DNA of 64,000 nucleotides from Camelus dromedarius (Eukaryota): the NCBI RefSeq assembly GCF_036321535.1, contig NC_087436.1, forward strand, positions 109,804,001 through 109,868,000, read 5' to 3'. The notes under the pieces were generated by a model. That model saw only the letters and a list, made by a program, of their open reading frames with translations, ran no database searches and was not told the DNA's origin. The position numbers were made by a program, and so were the translations under genes. Positions 1-12,209 of this stretch are shown piece after piece. The number at the start of each line of letters is the position of its first letter. Within the stretch, counting starts at the first letter, position 1.

Positions 1-107
1 GGAAGTTGAAGCTGTAAGAGTTTAAATAACTTTGTGGTGGATCTGTGTCATGAATCTGGGTCCACCTGAGAGCAAAGTTTATATTCTTATATTACCTTAT
101 AAACCTC

Positions 108-153
108 GTGTATATGTGTGTGTGTGTGAGTGTGTGTACATGTGTGTGTGTGT
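108..153. repeat. Imperfect (TG)n microsatellite
   Basis: Interrupted gtgtgt run read directly. Confidence 0.9.
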
Positions 154-2021
154 AACTGGACCACATACATGAACTCGTGGGACTTGGCAACCATGTTCCC
201 CAACTCTCACATATTCAGCATAGTTCTCACTGACTTCCCACATCAAACACCCACTCTTGATATCAAATCCCAAATCCCATGTACTTAGTGCCCATCCAGG
301 AGGGCCTTCCCACTCCAACCCCAACCCCCTTCAAATATATATATGTACATAAATTTTAAGAGCAGCAAGTCACTTTTTATGAATTTTTCCAGTGCCCTGA
401 CCTTCATGACATCTTGTTGTGCAGAAATACCCAAACTACATAATCACGGTTCTAGCTATCTAACTATGTCACAAAGACAAAGAGTGGCTTACATAACATG
501 GAATTCAAAGTATTGGGATGGACAGGAGCTGTCATCATTAGCTAGCAAACCAAATGGCAAGGAATATAGGACAATGCAGTCTGCCTCGGTCCAGGCCTAG
601 CTTGGGCTAAGCTCATGGCCTGATATAACCTACCTCAATCCCATCTAAATATTCTTACTTTATGAGGCCAGAAAAAAATCTCTCTATAGAAATGACAAGC
701 AAATTCTGTTATGCCTGTCATCAATATGGGTTTAATGACTGGTCCTCTGACACGATTATTTCTATACTATGCACCACACTAATTGTGTTTTTATTCTCTA
801 CCCTCTGCCCACTCAACCCATCTCCTCATCGCCTATATAAAAGTTGTAAATGGTCTATTTAACAAAAATTAAATAGTTTATTCATTATGTTAATTTAGCT
901 TACTTTAAAGGCCTATAAGACATGTCCATATTCAATCTGTTTAATATAATTCCAACTATTAATTCAACTTCCTATTTTTCCTAATATCCAGAGGTTACAC
1001 AGATATCATTATTTTCTATGAAAACTATTTGGAAGTTCAGGTATTATAAAAATAGAAAAATAAGTTAATAGAGAAGTAGAAAGTTTTCTAATGTCATAAT
1101 GCTAGTAATAATAATAGTAATAATAATGCTCATTTTGATAATGGTCATTAAAAAAAACCAAGGGATACATTATTCTTATTATTAGATCTATCTCTAAAGG
1201 TGCAATTGTATATAGTAAAATATTCAAACATTTTTGAAACAACATTTTACATGATTACTTACAGTTTCATAATTTTTAACTATACGGTATAGACTATTAC
1301 CTTTTGGGTATATTTGACTTGCTTTATATTTCTGGGATACAAAATTAGCTCAAAGAAATTTCTACTTTCATTTTTTCTAGTTTACAAATGAAAACTGAAG
1401 GTTAGTCAAAGGAAAACAGCTTTCAGGGAGAAAGATATTCTAAACAAACCAGAACAGCTGCCTTTTCCGAGAAACCCAGGCCCAGGGGCAACTCCAACAT
1501 GGCCAGTAGAACTACACCTGGAACCAGGAGGGGAGAGAGATGCCCCTACGAGCAAAGTGTCCCGAGGCCAGTGCTTGGCTCTGTGACTGGCCTCCAAAGA
1601 AGAGAAAGGTTTTTAAGAGCAGAGATAAGTTGCACCCTTTTTCGTATTGAATCAGCAATGAACGGAATATTGTGATTAGAAGTTCAGAATACCACCAAAA
1701 AAAAAAAAAAAAAAAAAAAAGAACGAATATTCTCACTCAATCAATTTCTGCTCCGTGAGATTTCCTCATTTGTTAATTACCGTGACCACTTTTACTGGAA
1801 CTTCATTTTCCCCTGAACCTTCACAGGTTCATCAAGGAGTATGTTGTGGCAGGAATTAGTGAAAAAGAAATATAAACCGAAAGGAACGGGATCAAATTCT
1901 TTATGATAAAAGTCCTGTGTGGAGTCATGCGGTTAAAACGTAAACAGTACCTTACATTTCTACCAAAGTCGTCTTTATTACACAGGTTTCTTGGTGTCGT
2001 GAATTCAGGAATCAGAAGTGG

Positions 2022-2153
2022 TCAGGTCTTCGGGGGTGCCTCTGCTACCACTGCATTAGTGGGGATTGGAAGTACAAATAATAAATTCTTCAGGACAATG
2101 TATTCTTTTTGCTTTGCCTCAGGCAATTCTGGGCAAAGAGAGGCAACTCTTTT
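2022..2153 (-). other. Candidate terminal exon (coding or lncRNA), unassigned
   Basis: On - strand: acceptor tcttttttgtccag, open frame KRVASLCPELPEAKQKEYIVLKNLLFVLPIPTNAVVAEAPPKT-stop, AATAAA at 1979-1974, then T-rich sequence. No homolog recognised. Confidence 0.2.
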
Positions 2154-2234
2154 CTGGACAAAAAAGATCTCAGTCTCCCTGCATTGGACCTACCAGAAGG
2201 CGAAGTGATGGTGTCACACAGTTTTTGGCTTAAA

Positions 2235-2340
2235 TATTCCTGGGCAATTTACTTAAACTCAGATTCCTCATTTATCAACTAGGAAGACTATTCAATCTTT
2301 ATATAGTTGTGTTAAATTCATTAAATGATATATGTAAAGC
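2235..2340 (+). mobile_element. MIR SINE fragment
   Basis: gggcaatttacttaaactcagattcctcatttatc...attaaatgatatatgtaaagc resembles the MIR core. Confidence 0.7.
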
Positions 2341-2668
2341 CCCCAGTGTGACTGCATTTAGAGATAGGGCCTTTAAGGAGACAATGTTAAATGAGGTCGT
2401 AAGGTTGGGTCCCTAATCCGATTAGACTGGTGTCCTTATAAACAGCAGAGACACCAGGAATGCAGGTGCACAAGAAAAGGCCCTGTGAGGACGCAGTGGC
2501 AGAGAGACAGCTACAAGCCAAGGAGGGAGGCCTCAAGAGAAACCAACTCTGCTGGCACCTTGATATTGAACTTCCAGCCTCCAAAAACTGTGAGAAAAGA
2601 AATTTCTATTGTTCAAACCAATCAGTCGGTGGTATTTTTTTTATTGCAACCTGAATTAATTAATGCAT
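2341..2668 (+). mobile_element. MaLR LTR, MLT1A/B-like, 5'-truncated
   Basis: gtgactgcatttagagatagggcctttaaggag...gaacttccagcctccaaaaactgtgag...aaatttctattgtt are typical MLT1 blocks. Confidence 0.88.
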
Positions 2669-3499
2669 ACACTCAAATACATCACCGACTGTTGAAAATC
2701 AATAGTTCTCTCCATTTTGTCTCCATGATTTCCATTTCCCTGTAAAAGCCTGGTCAAAAGATTGCAGTTATTAGAAGTAACCAAGTGGGCAAAGATGGCT
2801 AAATCAACCTGACACCCAGCAAGTGGAACAAAAGCAACATCAGAAAAACCTATGTCAGGATTATGAACCTCCTTCCCCACTTGGCCTTGTGTAGAGAGGG
2901 AAGTGGGCTCTTTGGCTGTGAGATGTGGATGAAGCTGTGGCGTGTTCTTCTTGCATGTGTGTGTAGCCCACTGTGGTATGGGATAAACTTGGAAATGGAA
3001 AGAGAAGGGGGATAGTCTTGGGGCAGGGACAAGAGGCCAGAACTCCAAGGAGTTTGCAATTCTCCATTTGAGTCTGGCCCTCCACGTCACTTTTAAATAT
3101 AGGAGGGGAGATACATTTTATTTAATGGAATGTTAGCTTCAGTTGCAACTACTTAGACATGTAACAGGGGCCCTCCATTTGTACTTTGCCCTGGGCTCCT
3201 GAAAAGTGAGGGGAGGCCTATAGCTCCATGTTCTATGGAGAGAGAGAGGGAACTGAACCATTCATCTTTAGGTACAGATGATCCAGTGTGTGTTTGTAGT
3301 GTTCGAACTGTTTCTGGGTTGCTCTGCAGGTGTTCACTGTAGGAGTTGGGTCAGTAGTAATGAGTGAGGATAGTGACTGGGTCCTAGCATCCTGCCCCAG
3401 CAACATTTCCATCTTGTTTAGGCTTAGGGCTCCCACATATGTAAAGAGCCCCCCAGTAAAAAAAAAATACCATTATGCATTTAGAGTTTAGATAGAAAA

Positions 3500-3731
3500 C
3501 ACTTACAGGTGCCATGCAGTCTATTGAGCATATCTTATTTCATTTAAACCAACTTAACAATCCTATGAGGTAGGTGTCAACGGTCTCCCTATTTTATAGA
3601 TGAGGAAACGGACTCACAGAGAAGTAAGAAAATTTGCTCACAGTTCTACAACCAGTAATCGATGGAGAGCAAGAAAATAAATCCTACACTTAAAACTCTA
3701 GTCCATCCTGTTTTCAGGACTCCATGCTGCC
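3500..3731 (-). mobile_element. MIR SINE
   Basis: aacaatcctatgaggtagg...attttatagatgaggaaacggactcacagagaagtaag is the antisense MIR core. Confidence 0.85.
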
Positions 3732-3984
3732 ACTCATATACATACATATGATCATATATGTATATAGATAAACATATATTGTATATAATCATAAAATTCA
3801 TGCTCTTTAACATTTTGAAATACTTAACACACAACTGGATTCTTAAATATATTCAAATTATTATTCAGGTGATTATACAATTCATCAAGAAAGTGGTAGT
3901 TTAACCACACCTCATAATTAACATCAGACTGCCTACACAGAATAAAATTAACCCGGTTTGTACTCTGACTGATTTTCATTGCAG

Positions 3985-4125
3985 CCCTGTCACTACGGAA
4001 TTTAAATAACTTCCACATCAGGCTTTATAATACTCCTCCACTGCGAGGGGTCGATGGAAGCCTCCACGTAGTCTTTGAGATGATTTCACTGGACTTAGAG
4101 AAAATCAATATCAAAATATCTCCAG
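3985..4125 (+). CDS. Candidate internal exon, 141 nt, phase 1-1, unassigned
   Basis: Acceptor ctgactgattttcattgcag, donor CAG|gtaata, frame fully open (LSLRNLNNFHIRLYNTPPLRGVDGSLHVVFEMISLDLEKINIKISP), 4 CpGs retained. No homolog recognised; may be chance. Confidence 0.22.
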
Positions 4126-4534
4126 GTAATATTTCAGGTGCTGTAACAACAACAACAAAAAATCATTGTTATGACGTAGATAGGTTTGTTTCTGTAATTC
4201 ACTGGATTATTTTGATGAAAACATGATTATTTTTGTAAGCTTTCCTCACATTATTGTAAGATGGATTAGAGAGTTAAAAAATTCTTAAACCACATGAAGT
4301 AATTCTTCACAAAGTAAGCAAGGAAGTGTTTGCTGTTAGAAACAAAATGTGCCTTTGAGAGAAAGTTCATAAAATTAAAACACATCCTGATTTTTTTAGT
4401 GACTCTATAGAGGTGTCATAGCAAGGCTTGAACGTTGATGTCTGAGTCAGGCAGCCACTGGTACCTGGTTCTTGCAGTCACTGTTGGTGCCCTTTTTATA
4501 CCAGCCACAACCCTTGAAATAAAGTTTAAGATAT

Positions 4535-4633
4535 GGGGGGAGGTGAGTATAGCTCCGTGGTGGAGCACATGCTTAGCATGTATGAGGTCCTGGGTTCAAT
4601 CCCCAGTATCTCCATTAAAAAAAAAGAAAAAAA
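4535..4633 (+). mobile_element. tRNA-Ala-derived camelid SINE (vic-1 type)
   Basis: gggggg...tatagctccgtggtggagcacatgcttagcatgtatgaggtcctgggttcaatcccc with A/B boxes, A tail, and degenerate TSD aaagtttaagatat/aaaggttaaaatat. Confidence 0.9.
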
Positions 4634-4839
4634 GGTTAAAATATATAATGAGAAACAAATGGCTCTGAGATGAAAGTGGATCTTGAAGAATCCAAAACCT
4701 TAATTAAGTGGATACAGTTTAAATCTAATTTGTTATAAAATTAAAACATTCCATTCTCTTAGAATTAGTTTACACTCAGCAACATCCTTAGAAATCAGTG
4801 GTGGGCAGTAATAGAATTATCGATACACAGAATTTATGC

Positions 4840-5600
4840 ACTGAGCATCTGAGAGCTTCCACTAATTACAAGCTGTGTGATCTTTTTTTATAAATTACCT
4901 AACCTTTTGTAGTAGGCTGAATAAAAATTACCTCAAAGTTTAGGTAACTAAATATACCACAAATATACTAAATATACCATGAACTATTAAATTCATGGAA
5001 ACTGTAATTGTTACCCAATAAGGTAAAAAGATCTTTACAGATGTGATTAAGTATATTGAGAGGGGCTTAGCCTGGATTTTCCCTGTGGGCAATAGATGTA
5101 ATCACAGGATTCTTCCTTATAAAAAAGGCAGAGGGAAATTAGGTACCGACAGAGAGGAGAGACACATACCCAAAAGAGAAGGCCCCGTGAAGATGGCGGC
5201 AGAGACTGGAGTGACACAGCACAAAACCAGGAATGCTGGAAGAGCCACCAGAAACATGAAAAATCAAGGAACAATTCTCCCCTAGAGCCTGGCAAGAAGT
5301 GCAACTCTGATGACACCTTAACATCAGCCTGGTGATACTGGTTTGGGCTTCCAGCCTCCAAAACTATGAGAGAATACAATTCTGTTATTTGAAACCACAT
5401 AGTTTGTGGCTATTTGTTGCATCAGCCGAAGAAAATTAGTACACCTGTCTTTGCTTTGGTTTCTTCAGCTGTGAATCTGGGGTAATAACAGTATTTGTTT
5501 TACAGAGTTATTAGGAAAATTAAGGAACTGATCCATACAATGCATGCAGGCTAATGCCCTGCACTTAGTAAGCACAACGAAGATACTAATAGATGTTAAC
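4840..5600 (+). mobile_element. MIR SINE split by an MLT1 LTR (pieces about 4840-4907 and 5444-5600)
   Basis: ...gctgtgtgatc...ttacctaaccttt, then after the LTR cctgtctttgctttggtttcttcagctgtgaatctggggtaataacag continues the MIR consensus. Confidence 0.75.
4908..5443 (+). mobile_element. MaLR solo LTR, MLT1C/D-like
   Basis: TG...CA ends, tttacagatgtgattaag and ttccagcctccaaaactatgag blocks, 5-bp TSD ccttt/cctgt. Confidence 0.9.
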
Positions 5601-5617
5601 GTAATCCTGCATCTCAG

Positions 5618-5812
5618 TCTCTCCCTTCTCTCTCTCTCCCTCCCTCTTTCCCTCCCTTCCTTCCTTCCTTCCTTCCTTCCTTCCTTCCTTCCTCCCTTTT
5701 TCTCTTTTGGTTTCTTTCTCTCTCTCTCCCTCCCTCTTTCCCTCCCTTCCTTCCTTCCTTCCTCCCTTTTTCTCTTTTGGTTTCTCTCTCTCTCTCTTTT
5801 TCTCTCTCCCCT
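5618..5812. repeat. Compound CT/(TTCC)n tract duplicated in tandem
   Basis: Two copies of ctctctccctccctctttccctccc(ttcc)n tccctttttctcttttggtttct with different n. Confidence 0.9.
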
Positions 5813-6471
5813 TTGCTGTATCTATTCTGTACCTCTGTCTATGCTGGATACAACTGTACTGCACCTACACCTACCTGTATTACCTATCTATATTCCCTGG
5901 AATTTTCCATCATTACCCATTTTTGTTCTACATCTCACACTAAGATTATAACTAAAAAAGCAAACTTTTAAAGATGAGAAAAATATATTTTCACCAAATG
6001 ACAGTAAACAAAGAAACCCTAATAGTACGAAGCTTGCTCTATCAGCATTTATTTATGTATATTTAATTCTTTACAATGATATGAACTAAAAAGTAGCACC
6101 AGACAAACTTGCTTTTATACTTGTCAATGAAGAGGTAAGTTTGGAAGGGCGGAGAAAATCCTAAACATGTTAATTTTTTTTATTCTGTATAATTCAGAAA
6201 GCTTTGCCAGAGGACCCCAGACTGACCTTTTCTCCCCTCTTTTAAACCCCCACCAAACAATGTCCTTAGCCTGTGATTGTGCGCTTCTTTTGGCATACTT
6301 ACTCATAAATGGGCCATTCAACTGTATACTCCTTGAGGACAGAGGTCATATCTTTGCATCTATTTATCTGCCTTCTCTCCCTAAGTCCACACTGCCCCAT
6401 CTTTTGAGCCCACTTCTAAACCCACAGAATGCCTAGCAAAGAACCTGGCACAACTGGATACTCACCCACAG

Positions 6472-6473
<2 letters not shown>

Positions 6474-6510
<37 letters not shown>
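6474..6510. repeat. (CA)n microsatellite
   Basis: Pure CA run. Confidence 0.95.
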
Positions 6511-6515
<5 letters not shown>

Positions 6516-7517
6516 TTTTCCTTTCTTTGATGTTAAGAGGAAATTCTTAAACCAAATTAATAAATGGGTTAGACAAAGTCATCCTTAAGTCCCCTTTGAA
6601 TTCCAGCTCTCTAAGATTCTTAATTACTTTAGATCTTTTGGACTTCCCACTGTTTTTCTCTACTTGGTCATTGGTTTATTCAAAACTATCCTACGTAAAA
6701 GAAGTAGTGGGGTGAATTAACATATTGCAGAAACTATTATTGGCATTTTGCCACAAAGCAGTTATTCAGTACACTAGGCTGAGTGCACCAATCCTTTTCC
6801 TTAGAGACTGCACTAACACTAATTTACTGGATTTTCAGGGGTAGCGTGAGTGCTGGCCAAGTGACAATGAAGAGAAACAAAACACATCTAAGTGTTCTGA
6901 CTGTGACAGGTAGTGGTCTGGAAGGCCCAGGACTGTTTTTCCTACATTTCCTTCTCTTTTTGAAGAACTAGCATTTTAATATTTGCCAACAGATTAATCT
7001 TCTGATTGATCTTTTTGTAATTGTATTGCAATCACTTATTTATTTCTGTTTCCTCTAAGTTTCCATCAGTTTATTGATGACAATCGCTGGGCCTTCCTTT
7101 CCAATGGTCTGGAAGAATACAGAGCAATGAACAGGCTCACAACAAATATTTATGAAATACATGAATGAATAAAAAACTGACTACAATCTAAAATTACAGG
7201 TAGTTCCTTCTAGAACTGTTATATCTGTGGGGCCAATGCAGGGGCTAAGTTTATTTTGAGTGACTTTATCACTAATGCTTTTCAGGGCTGTTTTATTGTA
7301 TTCTCTGTACAAGTAAATCTTGCCCACATAATTATGTTGACTTCTGAGACCTCTGGAAGCAATGATCCTAACACATCATTAGTTCTTACAGAGACTTTGT
7401 GGAAAAGAACATCACATGTCCCTGTGTAGATTCAAAATCTCCTTTCAAAAAGTGTAGTGCGTATCCCCCGTCAAAACTGAATCTTCTGGGCTAATTGTTG
7501 ACTGGGCTTGTGTTCAG

Positions 7518-7597
7518 GTGGTACTCGAGAAAGACAGACAATCTGAACTAAAGCTGATAAGAAACAAGCTCCAGCATGACTTAGAATGTGCAATTCA
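7518..7597 (+). CDS. Candidate internal exon, 80 nt, unassigned
   Basis: ctaat...gcttgtgttcag|GTG and TCA|gtaaga. Only frame 0 is open (VVLEKDRQSELKLIRNKLQHDLECAI, helical-looking). No homolog recognised. Confidence 0.2.
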
Positions 7598-7782
7598 GTA
7601 AGAGAAAGCCCTACAAACTGAGGCTGAAATCTTGCATCTAGGAATGAATACGGTGTTTCTGTATGGTCCAAAGCAGATTTAAACTTTTAATTTAAAGTCA
7701 GTATAATAAAAGCAGAAAAATAAATGAGATTAAAAATGTGTATCATTTTATCATTCAACCAAACATCGTTTGCCACGAGAAA

Positions 7783-8010
7783 GCAATGCAGCATAATGCA
7801 AAGTACCTGGAGTTCAAAAGACGATAGTTTTAAATTCTCATCTAGTCAATGACATTGGGTAAATCACTCACTTTTTGCTATTGGCTTTGTTTTCCTATCT
7901 ATAAATGTGTACAGGTATCTATATATCTGGATGGTTTTAAGAATTACATAAAATAATATAAATAAAAACCTGTGGGAAATGCCTGGCATATAGCAGTTAC
8001 CTAAACAATG
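7783..8010 (+). mobile_element. MIR SINE (degenerate)
   Basis: gacattgggtaaatcactcac...ttttcctatctataaatg...tgcctggcatatagcag. Confidence 0.65.
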
Positions 8011-9307
8011 AAGCGCATTGTTGCAGCTTTCATAGCCGGCTATGTTTTTCCGATCGCTGGTCCCCAGGACTTCATTCTCTCAGTGACTGCAGTTCCAGCT
8101 CCTAAGTGCCCTTGATTCCTCTATGTTGTTGTTTGCTTTTCATTTGTCATTTCATGGTGGACAGTAGGTCATTTGGGTTTTTTTTTTTTTTTGACATAGT
8201 CTTAAAAATAATCATTTTTGATCATTTCAAATACTGTCCCTAGTGAACGTGGGCTCCTGATGGACACGCAGGCTTTCTGACTCAGGTCTTCAGAAGTGAC
8301 TTCTTGAATAAGGGGCACTAAGCCTTGACTAGAAATAGCTGTTTGTTGTTTCCATCTGCACTCGATGAGGAAGTTGTGGCCTCTTTTTTTAGTGATGTGG
8401 ATTTTGCCATCATTATCCATGCCTCTAACCTGCGGCCTTGATTACTATAATACCCTCGACTTCGGGCCACTTTTGAACGTCGGCTGGTGAGGAATGCAGC
8501 AATCTATTTGCTTGTGGGTAGCCACTGCAGGAAGCGCATTGTACCCGTGTTCCATCGTAAAACGCAATGGAGCTGCATTTTAATGAAGCCACAGCAAGGC
8601 TGAGTATATTTGAGGAATCACTTGAATATTTAATAAGCTTAAATGGAAAGGAGTTATTTTTTTTCTTTTTTACTTCTTGCACTATTTTCCTATCAGTGGC
8701 TGAGCAAAAGACACTTAATGAAAACATCTTTGCTGAATGTTATCATTTCCAGCACCATAGGCATTATCCAGCAGAAAAGTTAGATTCACAGCAGGGCTTA
8801 AAGGCCCCTGGTTCCCAGCTTAGTGCAAAATGGTTGTTCAGAAGCCAAGGCCACCATAAAAGGACGTACATCCCCGCCTTTAGGGGATGGCACCATCTCC
8901 ATGGAAAGTGATGAAGCAAAACACAAAAAGTGTCCAGCGGGGAGGGAGGGGAGCTCGCTTGCTACATAAACAGGCAAAAGAAAACCTGCACAAGTCATGT
9001 CATGTCATTACCGAAGGCATCTAGCAAGCAAGACGTGAGAAAAGAGATTCATGGTGATATTCATACAAAGGGAAAGAATAAACAATTACCTCACTTCAGA
9101 CACTCTTTAGGCATGTCTACACATATGTGGAGTATATTGTTTATTAGTTTCCATACAATACACACATGTACACCCCATGCAAGCAAATATGTATTTATTT
9201 CTCTCAATTAAAACCCATTTCCCCTTTTAAGGTGCATCCTTGGCCGTTATCGTGTTACATCTGGAAACATCTGACCACATCGTATTTCCTAATTGTAGCT
9301 GCTTTTC

Positions 9308-9456
9308 TTTTTTAAATTATTTATTTATTTATTTCATTTTCGGTGGGGGGGAGGTAATTATGTTTATTCATTTATTTAATAGAGGGACTGGGAATTGAAC
9401 CCAGGACCTCGTGCATGCTAAGCACGTGCTCTCCCGCTGAGCTATACCCACCCCCC
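9308..9456 (-). mobile_element. tRNA-Ala-derived camelid SINE (vic-1 type)
   Basis: Reverse complement reads gggtatagctcagcgggagagcacgtgcttagcatgcacgaggtcctgggttcaattccc with a (TAAA)n tail; cttttct on both flanks. Confidence 0.92.
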
Positions 9457-9800
9457 ACTTCTTTTCTGATAAAATGGAAATATCATGGTTAGATCAGCCA
9501 CCTAATTTCTGCATAGTCTTTTGTAGTTACTGATGCTCTGCTGTTGTTTGTGGCTGGAACTGTCTCAGGAACATTTTGGATTTAGTGCATCCAAAAGTTC
9601 ATTAACTCACATGTTACAAAGGCCACTTCTACTGAGTTAAGTTTAGCCCACTTTCAATAAACTTGTGGGCAGATAATTCCAATTATGGTTAGTTATGAGC
9701 AGATCCTGTTTTCATGAAGACTGACAAAACATGCTGGAAGGGGAAGTTTAGGACTGGATCCCTAACTCAGCCACTAGTTGGCTGTAAAACTTGAAGCCTG

Positions 9801-10040
9801 GAGGCAGAATTCCATAGCAGTTAAACAATGGTTTTGGCGTCAGATTAACCACAAATTCAGGCTTCACTGCTCCCTAGCCGTGAAACTTTGAGCACATTAC
9901 ATAACTCTAAATCTCAATTTTCTTGTCATTACAGTGATAATATTAATTATACCTATCTCAGAAGTTTGTTGTGCCTATTCAGTAAGATAATTTCATTCAT
10001 AGGTCTACACTAAGCACTAAGTTATTTTAGTTATTAGTGT
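9801..10040 (+). mobile_element. MIR SINE
   Basis: ttacataactctaaatctcaattttcttgtc...atacctatctcagaagtttgttgtg. Confidence 0.7.
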
Positions 10041-10187
10041 TTATATCATCATGTGTGCAATGAGAAAGGCATATTCCTTTACCTTCTAGGCCCCTCCAAT
10101 ATCAATATTGGACTCAGGAGATCAGGAAAACAAATTAGTTTGTTTCATTGTTGTTTGAACCTGTTGTTTGAGTGACTGATGTCATTA

Positions 10188-10500
10188 CATCATTCATTTT
10201 CTTTTCTCAAATTATTTGAATCACTCTGGTTATGGAGTGCCTGGGCTGGACACATGCAAAGAACTGATGTTCTAAAAATGAGTCTCTGAGAGGCAGAGTC
10301 TCTGTCCATAGGCATCAGGTCTATGATCTAGAGAAAATGCATAGGTGAATGCGAATTATAATAACACATATTTTGATGGGAGAATGCACTTAACTCACTC
10401 TTGGGAGTGGACAGGGAAATGGGTAAAGAAGACTTGAAAAGAAGATGGAACCTCATCTAAAGGTAGATGTAAGAGATAAGTTATAACTAAAGGAGACAGG
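10188..10500 (-). mobile_element. L2 LINE 3' fragment
   Basis: tcattcatt tail followed by purine-rich antisense L2-like sequence. Confidence 0.5.
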
Positions 10501-11177
10501 AGAAGGTTAACTAGTCCAAAGAATTTGTTTTAGAGTCAAGGGTGAGTGAGGTTACATGCCACGGCCACATAGCTGAAGGACCGGGAAGCCAGAGTTCCTG
10601 CTTTTACTTCAGGGATTTTGCATAAAGTCATGTTTTCCAAGCCACATGCTGTGCTGTTGTTCATAGATCTCAGGGTTAGGAACTCGGCCACAGCCTTCAA
10701 ACTTACATTCTGGAAAGCAAAGCCTCTAAATCAGGAGCTGGCCCATCTGGGGAATGTTGAAAACCCTATAATTTCCACCTAACCCTACAGCAATATTTCC
10801 CTTTCATTTGATAGTAAGGTGGCAATTAAAAGAAACTGTGTACAAGACGAGGGCAAAGGCTAAGCATGAGAGACTCCCAATGAAAAAGGGAGGAAGCGCA
10901 TGGTCAAGGTAATTAGCTTCTCTCTGTTAAGTGCGGGCACATAATTGGGAGCTGCATACACCAATCTGTGTATTTCAGACCTTTATAGGGAACTCACCTA
11001 AGAGCCAGTTCTGACTTTCAGCAAAGGTGTCAGAGTATCACAGGTCACTATCCTACCTTACTTTGACAATTTCTTCAGCATAGTTTTACACTGAGACTTT
11101 CATTTGTATATCTGCCCCCAATCCAATTGGACATCATTCAAGGCAATTTAATTTATTTCTTTAATTGTAAGTCCAGA

Positions 11178-11914
11178 GTGTGTTTTTTTCACATCACCAA
11201 ACAGTTCTCCAATTCCCAGCATACACTGATTGGGTGTTCCACAAATTTAACTCAATTCTGACAATATCTACCTGGAAGCAGTGTCAGATCCTATAGTTTA
11301 AGGGCTGAATCCTACAAGGCCGCCCCTGCTTCAAATGACAGTTGCAAGTTCAGGTTGTTACTCTGACTGACTGGCTATAAATTGGAGGTTCTCATGAACC
11401 CCTTCTTGGTTTCCATTAATTTCCTAGAGCAGCAAACAGAACTCAGGAAGCCAGTTTACTTAATAGATTACCGGTTTATTACCGAGGATATTAAAGGATA
11501 CAAATAAACAGCCAGATGAAGCGATACACAGGGAAAAGTCCAAAGAGTCCCAAACACAGGGGCTTCTGTCCCTGCAAGTCTGAGGTGTACCATCTTCTTG
11601 GCACATGGATACATTCTGGCTCACCAATCTGGAAGCTCATCAAGAGTTTTTATGGAGCTTAATCTGCAGCCACTCGCCTTCCCCCTCTCAGAGGCGGGTG
11701 GGTGGGGCCGAAAGTCCCAGCCTTCTAACCACCTGGTCTCTCTGGTGTCCAGCCCCTTACAGAGGTTACCTGGGGCCCCGCCCTAAGGAACTTCTTTAGC
11801 ACGAACTCAAAAGGGGCTCCTAATGTAGGGCAGAAGACACTCCTGTCACTCAAGGAACCCCAAAGGCTTGAGAAATGTTGTGCCAGGATTAAATATATTT
11901 CTTATTATACCACA
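11178..11914 (-). mobile_element. MER21-like LTR
   Basis: ctcaattctgacaatatctacctggaag...gtcagatcc, ctagagcagc...agaactcagg and aaatatatttcttattataccaca match the antisense MER21 layout. Confidence 0.85.
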
Positions 11915-12002
11915 CTAAATAATTTGATTTAAAATACATTTGACTTTTCCAACTTTAATATATAACCTCCTTATTTCCAATTCAAGTCCACCAAAACCAT
12001 GG

Positions 12003-12135
12003 TTTTCTTCTTTTCTACTTCCTTCCTTTCTTTCCCTTTCTTTCTCTTTCTTTTTCTTTCTTTCTCTCTCTCTTCCTTTCTTTCTCTCTCTCTTCCTTTC
12101 TTTCTTCCTTTCTTTCTTTCTTCCTTTCTTTCTTC

Positions 12136-12209
<74 letters not shown>

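Noticed and set aside
2656..3090. 144-aa - strand ORF and other 60-120 aa ORFs in unique DNA
   Set aside because: Often non-ATG starts, with no recognisable domains or splice context; lengths are within random expectation.
4535..4610. tRNA-Ala-like sequences here and at 9380-9456 as tRNA genes
   Set aside because: A-rich tails, TSDs and broken stems identify them as SINE copies.
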